From: a virus
Direction: 5' to 3' (one strand)
Length of the DNA: 29,825 nt
Virus record (IMG/VR): IMGVR_UViG_3300031867_000397
Location: 1 to 29,825 of that record
Part shown: positions 24,675 through 29,825 of the stretch, piece by piece
How positions within the stretch are numbered: the stretch's first letter is position 1
Layout: each line of letters begins with the position of its first letter
Position numbers and translations under genes: made by a program
The notes under the pieces: generated by a model
What the model was told of the DNA's origin: nothing
Databases searched by the model: none
The model's input: only the letters and a program-made list of their open reading frames with translations

Positions 24675-24852
24675 TTATTTCACCTTCATTTCTACTTCTA
24701 ACTTCATCTAATTTCTGCCTCCTAATTTTTTAAATGTTTTTTAATATGTTTTGCCTAATAAAAAAGCGTTTTATCAATTTATATCTCGTTTTTCCAAAAA
24801 ATCACGCAATTTCAATATTTTTGTATACGGAGGTTGCGTCGTGGTCTAGCAA

Positions 24853-24904
24853 AACCCTACGCTTGGTAGGGTTGATAGGTAGGGGGGATATATCCTCACC
24901 CTAG
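24853..24904. promoter_or_regulatory. Candidate cos / terminase recognition region
   Basis: Locally GC-rich. CCCTAC-gcttg-GTAGGG hairpin, a second GGTAGGG, a perfect palindrome GGATATATCC (24886-24895), then CACCCTAG. Lies between HNH and terS. Confidence 0.45.
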
Positions 24905-24920
24905 CTTATATTTAGTTTTG

Positions 24921-25295
24921 CTAAACATCTTCTCTTTTCTTGGCTAGCTCTTTCAGATAGTTTTTATTAATCAATCCATCATCAGCCTCTTCATGATGTC
25001 GTTTACATAACGCTATCAAGTTGTAGTTATCTAATAATAAGTCTGGTCTATCTCTAAGCTTATTGATGTGATGAACTTCAACACCACTATAAGTGTACAC
25101 GCCTTCATCTCTGCAAACCTCACACAAGTAGTTGGCCTTCTTCCTAATCTCTATGCTCTTCTTCGTCCATGCATAGGTGCTTCGTTGCTTGCGTTCCTCT
25201 TTGCTGGGTTTATATGTAACTCTATATGAAAACCCTTTAGTACACTTATAGTTTGCTGGGTGTATCTTGCCACATCTAGGACAACTCTTAAACAT
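24921..25295 (-). CDS. HNH endonuclease (packaging-associated)
   Basis: CPRCG...C and CEVC...HHINKL...N...ALCKRHH motifs. Lies immediately upstream of the terminase genes. Confidence 0.9.
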   Translation of the reverse strand: MFKSCPRCGKIHPANYKCTKGFSYRVTYKPSKEERKQRSTYAWTKKSIEIRKKANYLCEVCRDEGVYTYSGVEVHHINKLRDRPDLLLDNYNLIALCKRHHEEADDGLINKNYLKELAKKREDV

Positions 25296-26197
25296 TATAG
25301 GTTGTTAAGATAGCGTTGCAATGCCTTGGCAGTTTCAGCACCTAGGTAGCCATCTTGCTTAACTCCTAACATTCTTTGCAATGCCACGACTGTATTCTTA
25401 CCCATGATACCGTCAATAGCACAACCTAATTTCTTCTGTAATGCCTTGACCATAAGAGAGCCTTTTGGGTTATCGCTAAACTCCCATGCGTTCGATACGC
25501 AAGCAATAAGATATTTCTTTTGCTTGTTAGACTGACCAGAAACAATACCATCTTGAACAGTGCCTAACCACGATTGCATTGCCTTAACTGTATCATGTCC
25601 AACCTTGCCATCGATAGTTAAATTAAATCTATGTTGTGGTTGTGTTGGCTTTGGTGCTGGCTGTGCAACTGGCTTAGATACATTTGTTGTAGTCGTATTC
25701 ATTAATGCGTCAACAATAGCATTTGCGCATTTGTCAACATTCCACTTGTCGTGATCTTCCTTGCTGTCAACGAAACAGCATTCAATAAGAATTGCTGGCG
25801 AATGTGTTTTACGCAATACATATAGCTTAGTAGAAATCTTGAAACCTCTGTTAGTGATGTTCAACGCTTTGGAAACGTTAGAAGAAATTCTAGAACCAAT
25901 GTCTCTAACATTGTCAGAATAACCCCATGTCTCTACTCCATGACCACCACCAGCGTTTAAGTGAATAGATACATCTAAGTCAACCTTGTGAGAATTGCAC
26001 TTTGTAACAATTGTGCTTAGGTTGCCATTTTTAGTCGTGCTTGTGTCGTCCGTGCAGTCATATACTGTATGACCTTTAGCACGCAATAACTCGATTACCT
26101 GATTCTTAACATTTCTATCTTCATTAACCTCGTCAAGAAGTCCACTAGCTCCACGGCATTTTAGAGAGTGTCCGCCATGCACATTAAAAGTTGACAT
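25295..26197 (-). CDS. Endolysin: N-acetylmuramoyl-L-alanine amidase with C-terminal peptidoglycan-binding repeats
   Basis: FNVHGGHS...DLDVSIHLNAGGGHGVE (Amidase_3-like) plus three IDGxxGxxTxxALQxxLG repeats. Confidence 0.9.
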   Translation of the reverse strand: MSTFNVHGGHSLKCRGASGLLDEVNEDRNVKNQVIELLRAKGHTVYDCTDDTSTTKNGNLSTIVTKCNSHKVDLDVSIHLNAGGGHGVETWGYSDNVRDIGSRISSNVSKALNITNRGFKISTKLYVLRKTHSPAILIECCFVDSKEDHDKWNVDKCANAIVDALMNTTTTNVSKPVAQPAPKPTQPQHRFNLTIDGKVGHDTVKAMQSWLGTVQDGIVSGQSNKQKKYLIACVSNAWEFSDNPKGSLMVKALQKKLGCAIDGIMGKNTVVALQRMLGVKQDGYLGAETAKALQRYLNNL

Positions 26198-26200
26198 TAT

Positions 26201-26476
26201 CTATCTTGCCTCCTTCACGCTTTCGTAAGTGTTTTTCACTCCACTGAATAGCCCACAAGCGCTAAGCCCTAAAGCTAATCCAACGAGAACTCTATAAACA
26301 ACCGTCAAATCAGAATAAATGAAGAATGAACCAACTAGCCCAACGACTAGATCTAGCAATGGGATATACTTCTTGTCTACACCTAGATTTTTCGCAACCT
26401 CGGCAAGTGCAATAATCAAAGCTACCATGCCAATAGGCGTAACCAGGTATGTAACCAATGAATTAACGTCATTCAT
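26201..26476 (-). CDS. Holin (91 aa from MNDVNS, three hydrophobic segments)
   Basis: Directly upstream of the endolysin. The ATG at 26476 is preceded by AAAGGAGA. The track N-extension would overlap the promoter -10. Confidence 0.75.
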   Translation of the reverse strand: MNDVNSLVTYLVTPIGMVALIIALAEVAKNLGVDKKYIPLLDLVVGLVGSFFIYSDLTVVYRVLVGLALGLSACGLFSGVKNTYESVKEAR

Positions 26477-26500
26477 TTTAAAATCATCTCCTTTTGTCAC

Positions 26501-26544
26501 ATTATACCACATAAATATAGCATATCTCTACATATATCTACATA
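26501..26544 (-). promoter_or_regulatory. Late promoter with extended -10 and upstream tandem TATGTAGA boxes
   Basis: Minus strand reads TGG-TATAAT (26509-26501) with a weak -35. TATGTAGA occurs twice, 10 bp apart (26544-26537 and 26534-26527). Confidence 0.5.
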
Positions 26545-26562
26545 GTTCGACATGGCAAAATC

Positions 26563-26598
26563 ACAAAAAGAACCTTAAGTAAATAAGGCTCTTAGGTT
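26563..26598 (-). terminator. Intrinsic terminator ending the replication block
   Basis: Minus strand reads AACCTAAG...CTTAAGGTT (8 bp with one bulge) followed by CTTTTTG. Confidence 0.55.
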
Positions 26599-26786
26599 TA
26601 GATATTTTTCTTCAGTTCCTTCACAACGCTAGATATATCAAGCGATACCGTTTTGTCAGTTGTGTAAAGTATCATCTTGTAGTGTGATTTGTTTTTGATA
26701 ACGTTGTATCTATAAATTCTTTCTCTTTTGCTGGTAAGTTCGTTTTCATCAAACTCAATTGCTTTCATGTTTCCAGTAAGTTTCAT
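26598..26786 (-). CDS. Hypothetical protein (62 aa)
   Basis: ORF track, with a TAGGGGGT RBS. Confidence 0.55.
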   Translation of the reverse strand: MKLTGNMKAIEFDENELTSKRERIYRYNVIKNKSHYKMILYTTDKTVSLDISSVVKELKKNI

Positions 26787-26796
26787 ATATTACCCC

Positions 26797-27606
26797 CTAT
26801 TTGCTTGTTCTGTTGTCATTTCCCAAGAATGATATTTTTTTGAACGTGCTAAGTCTTGATACAATTCTTTGTCCGTATCTTTCTAAAAGTTCATTGTGAT
26901 TTAGATTTGTTGTGATAAGAGTTGGCTTTCTATTGCAGTATCTCTTATCTATAAGAGTTGTGATGTTTATTTTTGCATCATCTGTTATTGGTTCAGTTCC
27001 CAAATCGTCCAATACAAGGAAATCACATATTTCATATGCCTTTAACTGTCTTCCTACTTCCTTATAAGAGTAGCTTTCTTTTACAAGGTTGTAATACTCA
27101 TTTGCTTGTATTTTCTTTGCTTCATATCCGTTATTGATAATTTCATTAATCATATGACACGCTACCATTGTCTTTCCAGTTCCAGTAGTTCCGGTAAGAA
27201 GAATATTTATGGCTTTTGAATTATCGAATGATCTAGCAAAACGCATTAGATTGTTGTACTTGTCAATGTTATGACCTTGAAAGCTAAAAGAAATCATTTT
27301 CCTATCGACTTCGTTCATTCCACTTGTCTTTAATAATGTATCAATGTGTTCTTTGCCGTAGTTTTCCATTGTCTTCTTTTGTTGTTCAATCTTGCTTGCT
27401 TCATAGTCGCAATCGCATTCAGTGACATAATCGACATAGCCAGTTCTATTTTCTGGGTCGATATATCCATTGACCTTATAAATGCTTGCTCCGCAAATTG
27501 GGCAATACTTTAAAAATATTCTCTTTACACCAGGAAATAGGCTTTTCATTTTTTCGTTGTGTTCTTCGTCGCTATATCCGTTTTCATAAAATGCCATACC
27601 ACTCAT
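26797..27606 (-). CDS. DnaC/IstB-like AAA+ helicase loader with an N-terminal zinc ribbon
   Basis: Walker A LLTGTTGTGKT, Walker B FLVLDDLGTE, and an N-terminal CPICG...CDC. Confidence 0.85.
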   Translation of the reverse strand: MSGMAFYENGYSDEEHNEKMKSLFPGVKRIFLKYCPICGASIYKVNGYIDPENRTGYVDYVTECDCDYEASKIEQQKKTMENYGKEHIDTLLKTSGMNEVDRKMISFSFQGHNIDKYNNLMRFARSFDNSKAINILLTGTTGTGKTMVACHMINEIINNGYEAKKIQANEYYNLVKESYSYKEVGRQLKAYEICDFLVLDDLGTEPITDDAKINITTLIDKRYCNRKPTLITTNLNHNELLERYGQRIVSRLSTFKKISFLGNDNRTSK

Positions 27607-27624
27607 TATTATATTCCTCCTTTT

Positions 27625-28536
27625 TTATAGGTCACTTAAATCGTCATTAAACCAATCATCTTCATATACCTTGTTGTTGTCTGTATAGATTGGTGAGTTG
27701 GAAGCGTTCTTTTTATTGCTATTGTAGTTGTTTCTATTCCAGTTCCTTGCCGTTTCCTTCCAATCCTTCATTTTGTTCTTTCCTACGTGCCAGTCATTAC
27801 TTTCGTAGTAATCATAGAAACGTTCACAATCTATGTTGAGGTCGTTTTGTGAGCAGTATTCTTTTATCTCTTCAATAGATGGCTTTATAAAACGCTTAGA
27901 AGTGTGCTTAGGCTTGCTTTCAGAATTGTCCCCCATATATATATTATTATTAGTTTTATTATTACTTTTATATTTATTATTATTAGTGGTTAGTTTCTCG
28001 CTATCTTGTTCGTTAGTTTTTAACGTATAGTTCGCTAGTTTCTCGCTATCTTGTTCGTTAGTTTCTTGCAAACTTGTTAGCGAGTTTCTAGCTATCTTGT
28101 TCGCTAGTTTCTCGCTATCTTGTTGGCTAGTTTCTTGCAAACTTGTTAGCGAGTTTCTAGCTATCTTGTTCGCTAGTTTCTCGCTATCTTGTTGGCTAGT
28201 TTCTAACGAACTGCAAAACAATTTATCTGTGTTTATTCTTATATATCTTTTTGCTGGCATTCCTCTTAATTCAACATCAATCACACCTTTTTTCTTTAAT
28301 TCATCAATTGCTTTCTTTTGCTGGTATCTTGATAACCCAGTGTTATTTTCAACATTCTCTATGGTGCTGAAAAACATGCCATCATCACTCAATCTGTTGT
28401 TGTCGTGATAGTAATTATACTCGCTAGCCAATTCACCTAATAAGATGGCTCCATTTGTTCCAAACTCCTTTATTAGATCACGATTGACGATTATAAAATT
28501 ACTGCTTGCCATAAGCTTGAGTATATCCAATGTCAA
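27625..28536 (-). CDS. Replisome organizer / replication initiator (DnaD-like wH N-domain plus a conserved phage C-terminal domain)
   Basis: N-terminus ..GLSRYQQKKAIDELKKKGVIDVELRGMPAKRYIRIN... C-terminus FIKPSIEEIKEYCSQNDLNIDCERFYDYYESNDWHVGKNKMKDWKETARNW. The central part has 23-aa tandem repeats. Confidence 0.75.
   Translation of the reverse strand: MTLDILKLMASSNFIIVNRDLIKEFGTNGAILLGELASEYNYYHDNNRLSDDGMFFSTIENVENNTGLSRYQQKKAIDELKKKGVIDVELRGMPAKRYIRINTDKLFCSSLETSQQDSEKLANKIARNSLTSLQETSQQDSEKLANKIARNSLTSLQETNEQDSEKLANYTLKTNEQDSEKLTTNNNKYKSNNKTNNNIYMGDNSESKPKHTSKRFIKPSIEEIKEYCSQNDLNIDCERFYDYYESNDWHVGKNKMKDWKETARNWNRNNYNSNKKNASNSPIYTDNNKVYEDDWFNDDLSDL
27991..28205. repeat. 69-bp tandem repeats containing six 20-bp iterons (candidate replication origin)
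   Basis: (t/g)agtttct(c/a)gctatcttgtt occurs at 27991, 28036, 28082, 28105, 28151 and 28174. The 69-nt period can be read directly. Confidence 0.8.
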
Positions 28537-28697
28537 TCACCTCTTTCCATTCTTTCAACTTCTTCCTTACTAATTAAAAACTTATTACCAACGTTAAACG
28601 CTTTTAGCTTTCCACCTTTGATATATCTATAAAGCGTCTTTTTACATAGTCCCCATCTTTTAGATAATTCATTTATTGAATAATATTCTTTTTCCAT
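28533..28697 (-). CDS. Excisionase/MerR-type HTH DNA-binding protein (54 aa)
   Basis: Hand-translated: MEKEYYSINELSKRWGLCKKTLYRYIKGGKLKAFNVGNKFLISKEEVERMERGD, the classic HTH_17 pattern. AAGGAGGA RBS. Confidence 0.65.
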   Translation of the reverse strand: MEKEYYSINELSKRWGLCKKTLYRYIKGGKLKAFNVGNKFLISKEEVERMERGD

Positions 28698-28698
28698 G

Positions 28699-29613
28699 TT
28701 ATTGTCCTCCTTTAATCATATCAAATATTGTTATTTGCTCGTGATTTTTCAGTCTATAACCCAATCGCCTATACTCGTCATAAACTGGTTTCCATATAAC
28801 TTCAGCTCTTTTTCTCTCGTTTGGCAATAATTCCTCTAAAATATCAAGATATTTTTGAAGCTTTATATTACAAGGGCAACCAACGCAACCAGTTCTTTCA
28901 AAATTGTAAGGCGGATAGTATAGATCACATAATTTTATATCATACTTTTCAATTAGCCAATTCTCCCATTCCTTTGTCACAACGGCTAATGGGTGAAAGT
29001 GATACATTCCTTTGGGGTACTTGACAAAGCATTTTGTGCTTTCTCTTCTTCCACCTTCTTCTCTCATTAATCCAACGATACAAACTTTCATATTGTTTTC
29101 GCTTTCGTATTCTCTTAACGGCTTCTCTTTAACGTTAAAGCAACACTTATCAGATATCTTCAGCTTGTCATATCCATTTTCAAACTGATATTTAAGTATA
29201 TTTGGACATTTGTTAGAATTAAAGTTATAATCACCGTCCCTATATTTAATTGCTGAATTGCTTTCGTTGTTTCTTTGATAGATTGCCACCATTTCAGAAT
29301 GATGTTTGCTTTTAAATGGGTATCCATCTTTTTCTAACATATTCTTTATGTTTGTCTTTGGCTTTAAAATAATAAATCTATCGTCATTGCTTGCTATTTC
29401 TTTTACAAAAGCAGTTATAGCTTTATAATCCATTCCAGTATTTGCGTATACTCTTTTAATCTTGTTTCCAGGTATTGCAATATCAATTAAATAGTGAAGT
29501 ATAGTGCTATCTTTTCCACCACTGAAACTTAAATAACATTTATCTTCTCCATATTTTTTAATCGTGTCTTTAATTACTCCAATACGATCAATTAATAATA
29601 ATTCGTTATCCAA
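28699..29613 (-). CDS. PAPS reductase-like / DndC-like PP-loop ATPase with a C-terminal Cys cluster
   Basis: PP-loop SFSGGKDST, CC..K..P, GLMREEGGRRES and ERTGCVGCPC. TTG start with a poor RBS. Confidence 0.8.
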   Translation of the reverse strand: MDNELLLIDRIGVIKDTIKKYGEDKCYLSFSGGKDSTILHYLIDIAIPGNKIKRVYANTGMDYKAITAFVKEIASNDDRFIILKPKTNIKNMLEKDGYPFKSKHHSEMVAIYQRNNESNSAIKYRDGDYNFNSNKCPNILKYQFENGYDKLKISDKCCFNVKEKPLREYESENNMKVCIVGLMREEGGRRESTKCFVKYPKGMYHFHPLAVVTKEWENWLIEKYDIKLCDLYYPPYNFERTGCVGCPCNIKLQKYLDILEELLPNERKRAEVIWKPVYDEYRRLGYRLKNHEQITIFDMIKGGQ

Positions 29614-29698
29614 CTCACCACACTAACTAAAATCTTAGTATGGTAAATCCAAAACCGAATACGCTTAAATATTCACTTGGTGTTTCTTTACGTCAACG

Positions 29699-29825
29699 CT
29701 CTATGTAGTCCATTGGCAACCTAGTTTCACTAGGATTAGAGTTGTTTCTCTCCTTTCTTTTTATAGTTTAAATAAATCATTTTGTTATCCTCCTTGGTAA
29801 GGTATTCACCTTACACCTATTATTA
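29699..29825. repeat. Terminal overlap, exact copy of 1-127
   Basis: Read directly. Confidence 0.95.

Noticed and set aside
27930-27990. Asn/Lys-rich low-complexity segment (NNNKYKSNNKTNNN) in the organizer protein, considered as a separate feature.
   Set aside because: It is simply the translation of the AT-rich tract adjoining the iterons, so it is covered by the origin hypothesis.
29666-29696. Possible second promoter (TTGACG, about 17 nt, AATATT/TATTTA) closer to the PAPS-reductase gene.
   Set aside because: The -10 match is poor (3-4 of 6) in every register, so I cannot support it from sequence alone.

Overview
The window is a complete, circularly closed phage genome of about 29.7 kb. 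Bases 1-127 recur exactly at 29699-29825, giving a unit length of 29698 bp; the 127-nt overlap looks like an assembler k-mer closure. It is an AT-rich, siphovirus-type tailed phage. The strong AGGAGG ribosome-binding sites, an Amidase_3-type endolysin and the DnaD/DnaC-type replication genes point to a low-GC Gram-positive (Bacillota/Clostridia-like) host.

Every credible protein gene is on the minus strand. All plus-strand ORFs in the track look like antisense shadows. By eye the genome splits into four minus-strand transcription blocks, each bounded by a sigma-70-like promoter and an intrinsic terminator:
- Late block (26509 down to 8251): holin, endolysin, HNH endonuclease, candidate cos region, terS, terL, portal, prohead protease, HK97-type capsid, head-tail joining genes, major tail protein, G/GT tail chaperone, tape measure, Dit, a small protein, a beta-propeller receptor-binding protein, Tal, and a membrane coiled-coil protein.
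- Early block (7953 down to 4571): Cro-like HTH, SSB, wHTH, PD-(D/E)XK nuclease, RusA, Erf.
- Accessory block of about 20 small ORFs (4540 down to 185), including a MazG-like and an ArdC-N-like protein.
- Replication block (151, across the circular junction, down to 26563): PAPS-reductase-like PP-loop protein, HTH, replisome organizer, DnaC-like loader.

I see no integrase, divergent repressor, tRNA, CRISPR array or reverse transcriptase.

The most notable observations:
- The tape-measure gene is interrupted by a 263-nt ORF-less group I intron (15450-15712). P1/IGS, P3, P4, P7 and P9 pairings can be read directly from the sequence.
- The only convincing plus-strand transcription unit is a roughly 98-nt promoter-to-terminator small RNA at 8153-8250, lying between the late and early blocks.
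- A 284-bp noncoding island (2686-2969) is closed by a 24-bp long-range stem.
- 69-bp tandem repeats carrying 20-bp iterons inside the replisome-organizer gene are a likely origin.
- A GC-rich symmetric motif cluster between HNH and terS is a cos candidate.
- The tail chaperone has a classic A-AAA-AAC -1 frameshift site.
- Two terminator-promoter cassettes are paralogous.

All functional calls rest on motif recognition from memory. No searches were run.
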